Source of the DNA: Microscilla marina ATCC 23134
Lineage (GTDB): Bacteria; Bacteroidota; Bacteroidia; Cytophagales; Microscillaceae
Length of the DNA stretch: 64,000 bases
NCBI RefSeq assembly: GCF_000169175.1
Contig: NZ_AAWS01000006.1
Location: forward strand, 199,192 to 263,191
Reading direction: 5' to 3'
The notes below the pieces were generated by a model. That model had not been told where the DNA came from, made no database searches, and saw only the letters and a list, made by a program, of their open reading frames with translations. Positions 49,701 to 59,798 of the stretch are shown here, piece after piece. A program made the translations under genes and the position numbers. How positions within the stretch are numbered: the first letter of the stretch is position 1; every line of letters starts with the position of its first letter.

Positions 49701-50274
49701 TATCTACTTTTGAGATTTGAGACAGTTTCTCAAATTCATCCTCCAGGTATTCGGCATATACTTTTAGCTCTTCCCTTTTATATTTTTTGCCCCCTTTTTT
49801 GCTGGCAACATTTACATACATAATAGGTAAGTCAGATAAGTTAATGTCCGACACGTTGGGGTCTACAGGCAAATCAGTAGGTAGCTCACTTTTTGCTTTA
49901 TCTACCGCATCTTTTACATCTTGAAGGGCTTTGGGTATGGCTACATCAGGGTTAAACTCTACAATTACAGTAGAGTAACCCTGAATAGAAGTAGAAGATA
50001 TTTTCTTGACACCAGTCAATGATTTTAGTTCCTTTTCGATAGGGCGTGTCACCAGACTCTCCATATCATTGGGCGAGTTGCCAGGGTATGGGGTACCTAC
50101 ATAAATATTAGGTATTACAATCTCTGGATAACTCTCCTTGGGCATTTGTACATAAGAGATTAGCCCAAAAATAATGATGATGATCGCCAGGATCATTACA
50201 CTGGTACGATTATCAACCGATAGGCTAGTCAGCTTAAACTCTTTATCTAATTTATTGTTTTTTTCCTTGCTCAT
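46777..50274 (-). CDS. RND efflux pump permease (AcrB/HAE1 family)
   Basis: 1165 aa with two TM bundles of six helices each and large periplasmic loops. Confidence 0.9.
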   Translation of the reverse strand: MSKEKNNKLDKEFKLTSLSVDNRTSVMILAIIIIIFGLISYVQMPKESYPEIVIPNIYVGTPYPGNSPNDMESLVTRPIEKELKSLTGVKKISSTSIQGYSTVIVEFNPDVAIPKALQDVKDAVDKAKSELPTDLPVDPNVSDINLSDLPIMYVNVASKKGGKKYKREELKVYAEYLEDEFEKLSQISKVDIKGIQEREVRIDVDLFKLEGRMLNFNDIANAIRQENVTVSGGDFLAEDFRKSIRIVNEFESMNDIRNVIIKNEDGNIVYLRDVAQVRDSYKEPTSFARSSGNTVVTLNVSKRSGENLLIAADEIKQIIKDAQDKKKLPADLDISITNDQSRDIKSMVSNLQNSIISGVILVVAVLLFFMGLRSALFVGIAIPLSMFISFILLGTAGVTMNMMVLFSLILALGMLVDNGIVVIENIYRLLQEGYPLKRAVKEGVGEIALPIIASTATTVIAFLPLAFWGGIMGQFMRFLPITLIVVLSASLIVALVINPAIAMIFAKLDDGKNHINKRWLIIAIVLVVLSIPAYFVGNYTLTNLLGIVGSFILLNMFVLTPVSRWFQNKALVVLENGYSRIIRFALGGAMPYILLVGTIFLFVFSIMLVGISGLKVRFFPDNEPNYVNIFIQKPIGTDIKTTNEFTKKVEDRIMSLMKPYDFMVDAIIAQVGEGTSDPNEGPQQGSLPHKAKVAVSFADFQDRRGVQTSHILEEIRAEMKKYPGALITVSKDANGPNNGPPINVEISSENYAKLADFSEELRKYLIKQDIPGVEELKSDLQTGKPELLVNIDREKARSIGLSTNAIASEIRTALFGAEVSKFKDGEDDYKIQVRLKDEQRYDLGALLNKSITFRNNKGQIRQIPISSVASVNDTSSLGSVKRKDLDRVITIFSNVKEGYNANEIVATMKGLISDYDIPDGIDRPKFTGEQEEQQKSAEFLMMALLLAVFGVFLIIVTQFNSLSAPLVIMSSVLFSTIGVFLGLVIFRMEFVILMTGIGIISLAGVVVNNAIVLIDYTNLLRNRRKAELGMDEEDHLPNSEFLQCIAEAGKKRLRPVLLTAITTVLGLIPLAVGFNIDFFGYITEFKPNIYFGGSNTAFWGPMSWTVIFGLTFATFLTLVIVPVMYLLTDRLKFSLRRLFGLGGKKVKEEHISDKKSESESPTVTA

Positions 50275-50359
50275 AATGTTCTGTATAGTTACATCTCAAG
50301 AAAAGCTCATCAGGTAGTTGCATTCATTAGGGCTGAAACAAGCGCCTGATAGTTTATGT

Positions 50360-51589
50360 TTAGTTTTTAACTTTTACCACTTTCTTGTCAGTGCTGTCTG
50401 TTTTGGTACCTTTAGGTTGGCTATTGTTGGTTACTTTCACCAAACCTCCTGAAGTTACATCTTTGAAACCTTGCTCAATCAACATTTCGTCACCTTTGAG
50501 TCCGCTTTCAACCAATGTACGGTTTTGAAAATTCCCTCCAGTTTTGATCAATGCTTTCTTGGCTGTTGCTCTACCGTCTTCTTTGCCCAATATATATACA
50601 AAGTCTCCTGCCTTGTCACGTTGAATCAAATTAGTAGGAATTACAAGTGCTTCTTTTTTAGTAAAATCTTTTAATTCTAATACTGCCTGCAAGTCGGGCT
50701 TTAAAGCACGGTTAGGGTTGGCAAGCTGAAGTTCTACTCTAAAAGTACGGTTGTCAGGGTTAATAATTTGCCCAATAGTTTTAATTGCGGCTACCTTCTT
50801 AATATCTAGTGAAGGAAACTTAACCTTTACCTTATCTCCTTTGTTAATTCTACCCAAGTAAGCTTCAGATACATCGGCTTGTACTTGTACCTGATCTAAT
50901 GACACCAAACGCAATATTTGATTCATAGGACCTACATTTTGCCCCTTCTTTACAAATATTTCGTCTACAACACCACTAAATGGAGCAGTAATACTTGATA
51001 AAGCCATTTGGGTTTGAATGGTTTGAATTTTACGTTCCAGCGATTCTTTATTGCTTTTTGCTTGTAAGTATTGAATTTCAGTACCTATTTTTTGTTTCCA
51101 CAATTTGTCTTGACGCTCAAACAAAGCATTCGCAAGTTTTAGTTGCGTTTTTACTTCCTCAAGGTTACTTGCCAATACGCTGTTTTCCTGAGCTACCAGT
51201 GATTGTCCTGCTCCTACAAACTGCCCTTCCTGTACTGCGATGTAGGTCACCAAACCTTGAGTTTGGGCATTTAAGATTACATTCTTGTCAGAAGTAACTT
51301 TTCCTCTCACTTCTACAAAACGAGTAAAAGGTTCTTTAGACACAGGAAGCGTAGTTACCAAAGTAGTTTTGGCTTCAAGCTTTTGTTTGGCATACGATGG
51401 GTCAAGCTTTTCCAGCTTTTTTTCCAGTTTGGCAATGTCTGCACGTAGCTTTTCAAACGTTTTGCGTTTTTCAGCAAGTTTGGCTTTTACTTCCAGAACA
51501 TTTCCATTTTCTCCGCCTTTGTCACCTCCTCCGCAGGCAGTAGCCAATACCAATAAGGTAATAACTATAAGATGTGTTTTTATATTCAT
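50360..51589 (-). CDS. RND efflux periplasmic adaptor (membrane fusion protein)
   Basis: Has a lipobox (ATACGGG), a coiled-coil hairpin, and beta-barrel and MP domains. Confidence 0.85.
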   Translation of the reverse strand: MNIKTHLIVITLLVLATACGGGDKGGENGNVLEVKAKLAEKRKTFEKLRADIAKLEKKLEKLDPSYAKQKLEAKTTLVTTLPVSKEPFTRFVEVRGKVTSDKNVILNAQTQGLVTYIAVQEGQFVGAGQSLVAQENSVLASNLEEVKTQLKLANALFERQDKLWKQKIGTEIQYLQAKSNKESLERKIQTIQTQMALSSITAPFSGVVDEIFVKKGQNVGPMNQILRLVSLDQVQVQADVSEAYLGRINKGDKVKVKFPSLDIKKVAAIKTIGQIINPDNRTFRVELQLANPNRALKPDLQAVLELKDFTKKEALVIPTNLIQRDKAGDFVYILGKEDGRATAKKALIKTGGNFQNRTLVESGLKGDEMLIEQGFKDVTSGGLVKVTNNSQPKGTKTDSTDKKVVKVKN

Positions 51590-51636
51590 GATATGGTGTT
51601 TAGTCTTTTATTGAAAGAGATTATGAATATGGATGT

Positions 51637-53022
51637 CTATTTATCAACTACTAGTTTACCCATTGCTTTATTTAAATCTATTTTGGAAATAATAGCATTA
51701 TATAAAGCATTATAATAATTAGTTTCGGCTGTTTTAAATTGGTTTTCAGCGTCTATAATATCTAAGTTTTTGCCTGTACCACTCTGAAACTTGATATTGG
51801 CTACCCGGCTTACTTCTTTGGCAAGATCCATATTTTGTTTTTGAATTTTTAGGTCTTGCAAGCTGGTAGACAAACTCTGGCGAGCCTGTGCCACCTGAAA
51901 ATCATAAGTACGCTCAAAAGCTTTGAAATCTTGCTCTATTTTTTGCATTTCAATCCTGGCTTTTTCTACTTTAGCCCTATTGCCTAAGCCCGAAAAAATA
52001 GGTACACTAAGGGTAAAGCCGAAGATACCATTGCGAAACCAGTTTTGATTCACATAACCTAAGTCAGACAAGTTGCTTGAGCCAGCGTTAGAACCATAAT
52101 TGATAAAAGCCACCAAACGTGGATAGTAGGCTGCTTTTTTGTTTCTGATATCTAGCCTTGCCAGATTACGTGATGTTTCTAAAATAGAATACTCCACCCG
52201 TGATTTATAAGAACTGCTTTCAGCTTCCTGCGCTGTAACTTCGCTCAGCTGAATATCATTGATGCTACCTGACAACATAATAGAGTCTCTCACAGGCATT
52301 CCCATTTGAAATTTAAGGGCTTTAGCCGAAAAATCCAGCAACGCTTTGGTTTTATTAATTTCAGTCTGAATATTATTCAATGAAACCTGCAAACGGTATA
52401 CATCTATTTTTTCAGCAAACCCATTTTTTTGCATTGCTGCGGTACTTTTATATAAAGTGTCTATGCGGCGAAAGTTATGCTCCAGCAACTCTATGCGTTC
52501 TTTGTTTAACAATACAAGGTAGTAAGCTTTAGTTACATTACCTGCAATGTCTATTTTACTTTGTTTGATTTGCTTTTGCGATAACTCTTTGTACACACGA
52601 GAAGCCCGAAGCCCAACCAAATAAGAGGCGTCAAATAACAACTGAGTAGCTGTAACAGTGACTGAAGCCGCATAACGAGGCTGAAACTCTACTGCGATAG
52701 GACCTGGAGGTCCCCCAAACAAACGTCCATCTGGTAAAATAGACTTAGGTATGATATAAGCATTACTAAATCGTGCTTCTGCGCTTACCTGAGGCAAGCC
52801 AATAGAACGTGTTTCTCGTACAGTTGCCTCCGATTTTCTTATTTCGAGTTGGTTTTTCTTCAATGCCTCTGAATGCTCATAAGCATACTTTAGGCAAGCA
52901 TCCAACGAATAAGTTCCAATAGCGGGAGTATCATCTGTAATCTGCGCCTGTACCTGAATAGCCAATGCAGTGAGCATCCACAATGCGCAAAATGTAAGGC
53001 TAATCCTTAATTTATTAGTCAT
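51637..53022 (-). CDS. TolC-family outer-membrane efflux protein
   Basis: 461 aa with a signal peptide and two OEP repeats. Confidence 0.8.
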   Translation of the reverse strand: MTNKLRISLTFCALWMLTALAIQVQAQITDDTPAIGTYSLDACLKYAYEHSEALKKNQLEIRKSEATVRETRSIGLPQVSAEARFSNAYIIPKSILPDGRLFGGPPGPIAVEFQPRYAASVTVTATQLLFDASYLVGLRASRVYKELSQKQIKQSKIDIAGNVTKAYYLVLLNKERIELLEHNFRRIDTLYKSTAAMQKNGFAEKIDVYRLQVSLNNIQTEINKTKALLDFSAKALKFQMGMPVRDSIMLSGSINDIQLSEVTAQEAESSSYKSRVEYSILETSRNLARLDIRNKKAAYYPRLVAFINYGSNAGSSNLSDLGYVNQNWFRNGIFGFTLSVPIFSGLGNRAKVEKARIEMQKIEQDFKAFERTYDFQVAQARQSLSTSLQDLKIQKQNMDLAKEVSRVANIKFQSGTGKNLDIIDAENQFKTAETNYYNALYNAIISKIDLNKAMGKLVVDK

Positions 53023-53653
53023 GGTGTTTTTGGTTTTTATACATTTCCAACAATTGAAATCCTTGCAGGGTGACTAAACCCCTGATAAAATGGTCTAAAA
53101 AAGCTAATTGTACTTTTACTAAATCGTATTCTTCATTTGAAAACTTTCTTGCATCAAAGGCGAGTTCTACTTGCTCCATACGCAATATAGCAAGGTATTC
53201 TATAGGTAAGTCCTTGCGGTATAACCCATCTTTTATACCCCAATGAATATTTCTTTTAATGCTGTTTAAAATACTGTCACGGCGGCTTTGGTGTATTTCC
53301 CAGGCTTCTGGATGGTATTTTTTAGTATCTAATAACAATGAAGGGGTAAGCTTCGAGAAGCTTTTTGCCATAAAGTCTGACACTTTGAGGAGAGCATCTA
53401 TAGCATTCTCTGAACTTGACTCAAGTTTGCTCATTTCTTTCATTTGCTTTTGGTGCTTTCGTTCCATTACCAAGCAAACAATTTCGTTTTTATCTTTGAA
53501 GTACTGATAAATTGTTTTTTTTGATACAGCCACCTCCCTGGCAATCTCATCCATGGTAATACTGCGGATACCATAGCGCCAGAACAAGTCAGTTGCTGCT
53601 TGCAAAATTTTATCTTTAACTTCTGTATTTTCTTTCAAATCCAATGACTTCAA
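53015..53653 (-). CDS. TetR/AcrR-family transcriptional regulator
   Basis: N-terminal HTH GIRSITMDEIAREVAVSKKTIYQYFKDK. It overlaps the tolC start by 8 bp. Confidence 0.8.
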   Translation of the reverse strand: MKSLDLKENTEVKDKILQAATDLFWRYGIRSITMDEIAREVAVSKKTIYQYFKDKNEIVCLVMERKHQKQMKEMSKLESSSENAIDALLKVSDFMAKSFSKLTPSLLLDTKKYHPEAWEIHQSRRDSILNSIKRNIHWGIKDGLYRKDLPIEYLAILRMEQVELAFDARKFSNEEYDLVKVQLAFLDHFIRGLVTLQGFQLLEMYKNQKHHD

Positions 53654-54158
53654 TCTTTGTTTTGTACCACAAATCTACAAAACATAAACTTAGGAAACTA
53701 TAAAAAGGTTTAAAGTTTCCTGAGTTTTTTTAAATATTTTTTTTACTAAAAAATACCGTAAGAAAGAAAGGTTTAATATAAAGTTTGGTTGAAAAAAAGG
53801 AAAACCTCTTGGAAGAGAAAAAAAAGAAAAACTACAAAATATTAAACTTGAAATTAAGACAAACCCCAAATATTAGTAGAGTACTACTTTTATGGAAAAA
53901 GCAGTATTTATTAGGATATAAACACTCTGCTGGTAGGATTGTTAAATTCGTGTAAGACAGGTCAAAAATAAAAAGAATAATCATGAAGGTTGGGTAATCT
54001 TTTTAACTTTGTAATTTGGGCAAAATGTGAAATTATAGGAATTATCTCGGCTTTTTAGATGTAAGCAAGGTAAGTTCATACGCATTGACATAATCACCAG
54101 CAGGCAACCTTTAAAAACACTCAATACAAAACAATCAAAACTTAATTATAATACGCGA

Positions 54159-55742
54159 ATGAATATGGAAGCGACTGTGCAACCTACAAATCAGAAAAGA
54201 AAATCTGCAATTCTCAAAATTGCTTTATTTGCCACTGGACTTTCAGGCATTGTGGCTGAATATATACTATCTACTTTAGCTACTTATTTTTTGGGTGACT
54301 CCATCTTACAATGGACTTTGGTGGTGTCGTTTATGCTATTTGCTATGGGGCTAGGTAGCCATCTGAGCCAATATTTTAAAGGCAAACTTCTCGAAACTTT
54401 TATTATTATAGAGTTTACACTTACCATGTTAGTATCATTTTCGGCGATATTGGTATATACAATACACGCCTACTCAAGCTATAATGGTATTTTTATCTAT
54501 GGCTTGGCTATTTTGGTAGGTATGATGATCGGGCTGGAAATTCCCATTGTTACCCGTTTGAATCAAGAGTACCAGTCTTTGAGAGTAAATATAGCCTCAG
54601 TAATGGAACAAGACTATTTTGGTAGTTTGCTAGGTGGGTTGTTCTTTGCTTTTGTGGCTTTGCCATATTTGGGGATGACTTATACCCCTTTTATTTTGGG
54701 TACGGTAAATTTCACAGTAGCCATACTGCTTTACTTCAAGCTCAAACACTTGATTCAACCCAATTGGCAGTTTAGGCTCAATGTGATGATGGCTTTTGTA
54801 TTTTTAGCAATTACCCTAGGTTGTATTTATGCCAAGCCCATCATTGTCTTTGGAGAACAAAAAAAATACAAAGACAAAGTAATCTATGAGTTTCAGTCTC
54901 GCTACCAAAAACTGGTGATTACTCAATGGAAAAACCACTACTGGTTATTTATCAATGGCAACCAGCAATTGAGTACACTGGATGAAGAAATGTACCATGA
55001 ACCTTTAGTGCATCCAGTGATGACGTTGTCAGCAAATCCACAAAATATACTGGTGTTGGGAGGAGGCGATGGTGCCGCAGTGCGCGAAATATTAAAATAC
55101 CCACAGGTAAAAGACATTACATTGGTAGACTTAGACCCAGCAATGACCCAACTTGCCAAAACTCACCCCGTGTTGACCCAATTAAATGACAGTGCGTTTT
55201 ATGACCCTAAGGTGACTATCAAAAATATGGATGCCTTTATTTATATGGATCAAACCAAAAAGTTTTTTGATGTAATCATCATTGATTTGCCCGATCCTCG
55301 CACGGTAGAGCTAGGGAAGCTTTTTAGCAAAGAGTTTTACCAGTTATGCCGCCGTCATTTACGCCCCAATGGTTTGATGATTGCCCAGTCGGGCAGCCCT
55401 TATTATTCTACCCGTGCGTATGAGTGTATCAACAAAACTATGCAGGCAGCAGGGTTTGGTACCACCAAAATACACAACCAAGTACTTACGTTGGGCGAAT
55501 GGGGTTGGGTGATTGCGTCGAAAAGCCTAAAAGATAATCAACTCAAAGAAACTTTGCGAAAGCTGAAGTTTAAACACGTAAAAACCAAATGGATTAATAA
55601 TGAGTCGATGCTCTTGATGACTTCTTTTGGTAAGGATACTTATTTTAAGAATAGGATACCTGACAGCACAGTCAGGGTAAATACTATCCATGATCCTGTG
55701 CTGTATCGTTATTATTTGCAGGGCAATTGGGAGTTATACTAA
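54159..55742 (+). CDS. Polyamine aminopropyltransferase (spermidine synthase-like) fused to N-terminal polytopic membrane domain
   Basis: The C-terminal half carries NILVLGGGDGAAVREILKY and DVIIIDLPDP. The N-terminal region has about 7 TM helices. Confidence 0.75.
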   Translation: MNMEATVQPTNQKRKSAILKIALFATGLSGIVAEYILSTLATYFLGDSILQWTLVVSFMLFAMGLGSHLSQYFKGKLLETFIIIEFTLTMLVSFSAILVYTIHAYSSYNGIFIYGLAILVGMMIGLEIPIVTRLNQEYQSLRVNIASVMEQDYFGSLLGGLFFAFVALPYLGMTYTPFILGTVNFTVAILLYFKLKHLIQPNWQFRLNVMMAFVFLAITLGCIYAKPIIVFGEQKKYKDKVIYEFQSRYQKLVITQWKNHYWLFINGNQQLSTLDEEMYHEPLVHPVMTLSANPQNILVLGGGDGAAVREILKYPQVKDITLVDLDPAMTQLAKTHPVLTQLNDSAFYDPKVTIKNMDAFIYMDQTKKFFDVIIIDLPDPRTVELGKLFSKEFYQLCRRHLRPNGLMIAQSGSPYYSTRAYECINKTMQAAGFGTTKIHNQVLTLGEWGWVIASKSLKDNQLKETLRKLKFKHVKTKWINNESMLLMTSFGKDTYFKNRIPDSTVRVNTIHDPVLYRYYLQGNWELY

Positions 55743-56097
55743 AGAATGACAAGTTTCAAGGGGATTTTAGTATACAATGCTCCGCAGTGATTTTAGTCAA
55801 AGTTGTTTGCTGGTTCTCAGTTATTTACGAATTTAAAAACTATTTAATTGGGTGTTTGGGCGTAAAACCGACACACTTTTAAAAATAAATTGAGTAAGCA
55901 ATCTTAATATAAAATACTGGTTTACAGCATTTAACAAGGTAAACATTTACTCGAATCAGCTATCGACTATCGACTAAATACTATGGACTATTGAGTATAT
56001 ACAGCAATGTAGTTAACCAAAAAAGGATAACCAACTGAGTGATTTTATAGCTGTATGAAGTGAAGTTGAACATTGAAATTACTAAACAATATACATC

Positions 56098-56598
56098 ATG
56101 ACTTTTCAGGAAATCAAAGATTTATTAATACAAGCATTGGGCAAGGAGGTAATCATAGAAGCCAACGAAAGTGCCATGCAACCTTTTTTTACGGTGCAAA
56201 CCGATCAAATAAAAGAAGTATGCACTGAATTATATCAAAACGAACGTACCTACTTTGATTTTCTGAATTGTATTACTGGCATTGATAATGGCGAAAAAAT
56301 GAATACAATGGAGGTGGTGTATAACCTTACTTCTATTCCGCATAACCTAAGGCTTACGCTAAAGGTGGTGTTGCCTCGTAATATCACAGGAGAAGCAGCC
56401 CCTCAGGTGCCTTCGGTGTGTGAGGTGTGGCGTGCTGCCAACTGGCACGAACGTGAAACTTATGATTTACTGGGCATTGAGTTTGTTGGTCACCCCGATT
56501 TGCGGCGTATCTTATTACCTGCCGATTGGGAAGGACACCCACTGCGCAAAGATTATAAGCAACAAGAACGTTATCGTGGCATAAAGGTAGAATATTAA
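56098..56598 (+). CDS. nuoC: NADH-quinone oxidoreductase subunit C (30-kDa subunit) homolog, orphan
   Basis: The block [26 protein letters not shown] matches the Complex I 30-kDa subunit signature. Confidence 0.65.
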   Translation: MTFQEIKDLLIQALGKEVIIEANESAMQPFFTVQTDQIKEVCTELYQNERTYFDFLNCITGIDNGEKMNTMEVVYNLTSIPHNLRLTLKVVLPRNITGEAAPQVPSVCEVWRAANWHERETYDLLGIEFVGHPDLRRILLPADWEGHPLRKDYKQQERYRGIKVEY

Positions 56599-56618
56599 CA
56601 GCGGTTACAGGTACTCAA

Positions 56619-57668
56619 TTAAAGTGGTATTCCTTTTTTGGGTTTGCGTTCTATGCTGTCTATAAACTCATTGATGCCCTTCATTAGTCCTACAAAGGTT
56701 TTGGTATTTTTGATATATTCGAGGTGGCGAATTTTTGGGGCAAGTACATCTAGCTTAAAGCTCCAGTATTGATACATCAGCGGGTTGATAAACAGCTCGC
56801 TTTTTTTGGTGCGTTCCATCACATGATAATCGCCAAAATGCCCTTGTAAGGCGCTGCCTATAGAGTTTGCTACAATGCTGGGGCGGGCAGTTTGAGCATT
56901 CGAAAAAGCGATTAAATCTAAAAAATGAGCTACCTCTTCCATTTGGGGCACCAATGACAATACTCCCAAAAAACCTCCATCTTTAGATAACTCAGCTACG
57001 TTTTCTAAAAAATGATAGTGAGAAATGCCGTGAAAATGATCCACCCCAAAACCCAGGCAAGTCAAGTATTTGGCTACCTTGGGCTGGGCATACACTGCAG
57101 CAATAGAGGCGCTGTCTTCCATAGGGCTACCCAAACTTGGCTCTAAACCCAACATGAGGCTGTCGGTTCCCCCATCTACCAAAACTACTGTATCTATATT
57201 GAGCAGTTCTATCAGGTGGGCATAAGCCTGAGTAAGATAAACAGCCCCAGTGCGGCTAAAGGCGTATACATCCAGGTTTTCACCAAAAGTTTTTTTGTAC
57301 CAAAGACTTAAATCTTTTTCAGGAAAATAGGCAGGTTCGGTAGTGGCAACTGGCTCTGAAGAATCTACCCTCCAACAAGCCCGACAAACTTTAGTAGCGC
57401 GGGTTTCGCCCAAGGCGGCAAAAGATAAATTGGCTAAATGTACCTTTTTACCTTGGTTTTGTAGCGCAAGAAATAAGGGCACTCCGCTAAAAATATCGAA
57501 CCCACCCCCTGCCCCGGCAAGTAATATATTTTGGCTGTTTTTTAGTTCGTCGAATAAGGGGATACGATTGAGTGTAAAGGACATGCGTTGAATGGTTAAG
57601 TAGTGGTAAGTTTTGAAACCGATGTATATCAATGCTACCAACAGCATAATCAAAACCAACCTATTCAC
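56619..57668 (-). CDS. DUF1152-like protein with N-terminal TM helix
   Basis: The LLAGAGGGFDIFSGVPL block is recalled as DUF1152. Otherwise unassigned. Confidence 0.45.
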   Translation of the reverse strand: MNRLVLIMLLVALIYIGFKTYHYLTIQRMSFTLNRIPLFDELKNSQNILLAGAGGGFDIFSGVPLFLALQNQGKKVHLANLSFAALGETRATKVCRACWRVDSSEPVATTEPAYFPEKDLSLWYKKTFGENLDVYAFSRTGAVYLTQAYAHLIELLNIDTVVLVDGGTDSLMLGLEPSLGSPMEDSASIAAVYAQPKVAKYLTCLGFGVDHFHGISHYHFLENVAELSKDGGFLGVLSLVPQMEEVAHFLDLIAFSNAQTARPSIVANSIGSALQGHFGDYHVMERTKKSELFINPLMYQYWSFKLDVLAPKIRHLEYIKNTKTFVGLMKGINEFIDSIERKPKKGIPL

Positions 57669-57752
57669 TTGAATGTTTTACCTAGTAGAGCTAAAATACA
57701 TTTTTTTTATCCGATTCGCAAGCAAGTATTTACTTCACTAACCATATAAACC

Positions 57753-59105
57753 TCACTTCTCTACAAACTCCAGTGCACCTATGTCTGGGACAGCATCACG
57801 GCTGGTTTTGATCAGGTCAAACATAAAACCAATGGGCAAAGCAGCATCTTTGGCTGGCGAGTCTTTGGTGAGGTTAAAGTCTCCGATGTTTTCTTTGACA
57901 AACTCAGGGTCTTGGTTTAATAAATTATTGTTGCCTTCAAATACTTCGAGGTCAGTCTTTACAATGTTGTAGCGTGCTGTAAGTTTAATATTACCCAAAG
58001 GTTCTATAAGTGCTACTTCATTGGTTTTGTTGCCCCATAAAATATTATTGGTCAACTCTACCGTAAAAGGGTTGGCTGCTTCATTGCTAAATAAAATAGA
58101 GGGCGTTTCTCTGATAAACTCAAACTCATAATTGGCAAGTGTACAATGCTTTAATGTATAGCTCCCTCCATTGGTTACCCCAAGCGTGTTGCCTATACAA
58201 TTGGTGATCAGACTGTTTTCGAGCAAAACATCAGCATTGTTGGCATTGATACCATGCTCAAACATATTTTTAATAGTGGTGTTTTTTACTATCAAGTCGG
58301 GTGCTGTGTCGGCATCGTTGCCAGTTATGGCAATGCCTGTATAGGCGTTTTTTATGAGTGCATAGCTTATATCGACCCCAGCTCCTGCTTCCATGACTAT
58401 ACCCCGCCACTGACCCAATTGTTCTTCAAACTCTATCTCACGCCTAATGCCAGTAAAAGTAACAATACTTCCAGTATCCCCTTTGACTATCAAGTTGCCT
58501 TTTACGCGAATGAAGGCATTTTTGTCGAGCCCGTAAACACGGGTACTGTCTCCTATAGTCAAAATAGCCCCGGCGGCTACCGTTACCGAGTCTTGAATGA
58601 TGTAAGGTTTTGTTTTGTCCCAGGTTTCGTTGCCAGTAATCGTGTAATTTTGTAATACATGGGCATTTTCGCTCCAGGCAATCAGTTTTACCTGTTGTTG
58701 CTGTTGATTGGTGGTAAACAGCAATGAGTCAAAGGCGATGACTACTCCTGTTTGACTGTTGGCAGGCACATTTATTTCTACCAATACCAACAAGCTATCT
58801 TTGCCCAACAATTCTACATCAGTAAATACAGTGCCTTTTTCACCTTTAATACTCACACTGTAAGGAGAGTTGGCCTTGCCACCTATTTCTATACGATTGA
58901 TACGTATGGCGTTTTTGTCAGGGTTATACACCCGCAAACGTTGGGTAATGCTACGGGTATTGGTAAAGAGGGTATCAAACACAATGGCTTTATCAGAAAA
59001 ACCTAAAGTAACAGAATTATTGGTAAAGATCTCTTCCTGTGGGGCACAGGCAACCAATTGAGCAAAGGTGAGCAATAACAAGCTCCATACAAATAGTTTT
59101 TTCAT
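57753..59105 (-). CDS. Right-handed parallel beta-helix lipoprotein
   Basis: Lipobox LVACAPQ and repeated N/G-rich beta-helix turns (NTTIKNMFEHGINANNADVLLENSLITNCIGN). Confidence 0.5.
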   Translation of the reverse strand: MKKLFVWSLLLLTFAQLVACAPQEEIFTNNSVTLGFSDKAIVFDTLFTNTRSITQRLRVYNPDKNAIRINRIEIGGKANSPYSVSIKGEKGTVFTDVELLGKDSLLVLVEINVPANSQTGVVIAFDSLLFTTNQQQQQVKLIAWSENAHVLQNYTITGNETWDKTKPYIIQDSVTVAAGAILTIGDSTRVYGLDKNAFIRVKGNLIVKGDTGSIVTFTGIRREIEFEEQLGQWRGIVMEAGAGVDISYALIKNAYTGIAITGNDADTAPDLIVKNTTIKNMFEHGINANNADVLLENSLITNCIGNTLGVTNGGSYTLKHCTLANYEFEFIRETPSILFSNEAANPFTVELTNNILWGNKTNEVALIEPLGNIKLTARYNIVKTDLEVFEGNNNLLNQDPEFVKENIGDFNLTKDSPAKDAALPIGFMFDLIKTSRDAVPDIGALEFVEK

Positions 59106-59226
59106 CAGAGTAAATCTGGTTAACGTGGTGCAAATATAGCATTTCTTATACTCAAGTATCCAGCAAGGGAGGTTTTATTGGTGGTTGTAGGGCAAGCCCC
59201 AACTCAATAAGTTGGGGCTTGGGGTG

Positions 59227-59472
59227 TTAGCTTTGCGTAATATCTCGCAACATTTTGGCATCGTTGAGCAAGTGGCTTAGTTCTATCAGTTTGAGCTCTA
59301 GACTTTCTACCATATCCACCACATCCCGCTTTTGGGCTTGCTCTATAAGTGCCTCGGCATTGAGGGCAAACGCCTCGATACGGCAACGAATGCCTTGCTC
59401 GAACAATGATACATTTGCCTTAGGAGAGCTTGACTCGTTTTGGGCAACCAAATTTAATTCCGTAAATTGCAT
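59227..59472 (-). CDS. Hypothetical small protein
   Basis: 81-aa ORF. Weak support. Confidence 0.25.
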   Translation of the reverse strand: MQFTELNLVAQNESSSPKANVSLFEQGIRCRIEAFALNAEALIEQAQKRDVVDMVESLELKLIELSHLLNDAKMLRDITQS

Positions 59473-59798
59473 ACTGTTATACTGTATATGTTTAACAAAA
59501 GCCCTTGAGGTAGACTTCCAAATCTTTGACCTCTTGGGCTATCTTTTAACCCTTAAAAGACAATGTAAATATAACTAAAAAATCGATTTTTTGCAAAAAA
59601 ATAAGGTGTAAAATACTGTAAATCAGATAGTTGATTTTCATAAACATTTACTCTTCAAGCAAAAAAATGTAGCCCCTCCTCCAGAAAGAACTACACCCAT
59701 TATTCAGCTATAAATAACATTTTGATTGCTGACCTTTTGCAGGTCAAAAAAGCTTTTTGTAATTGGTTATTAGCAAACAGTGTGAGGCTAATTACGAC

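Noticed and set aside
59204-59386. 60-aa ORF overlapping the 81-aa ORF 59227..59472
   Set aside because: It is an alternative frame of the same short region. At most one is real, and even that call is weak.
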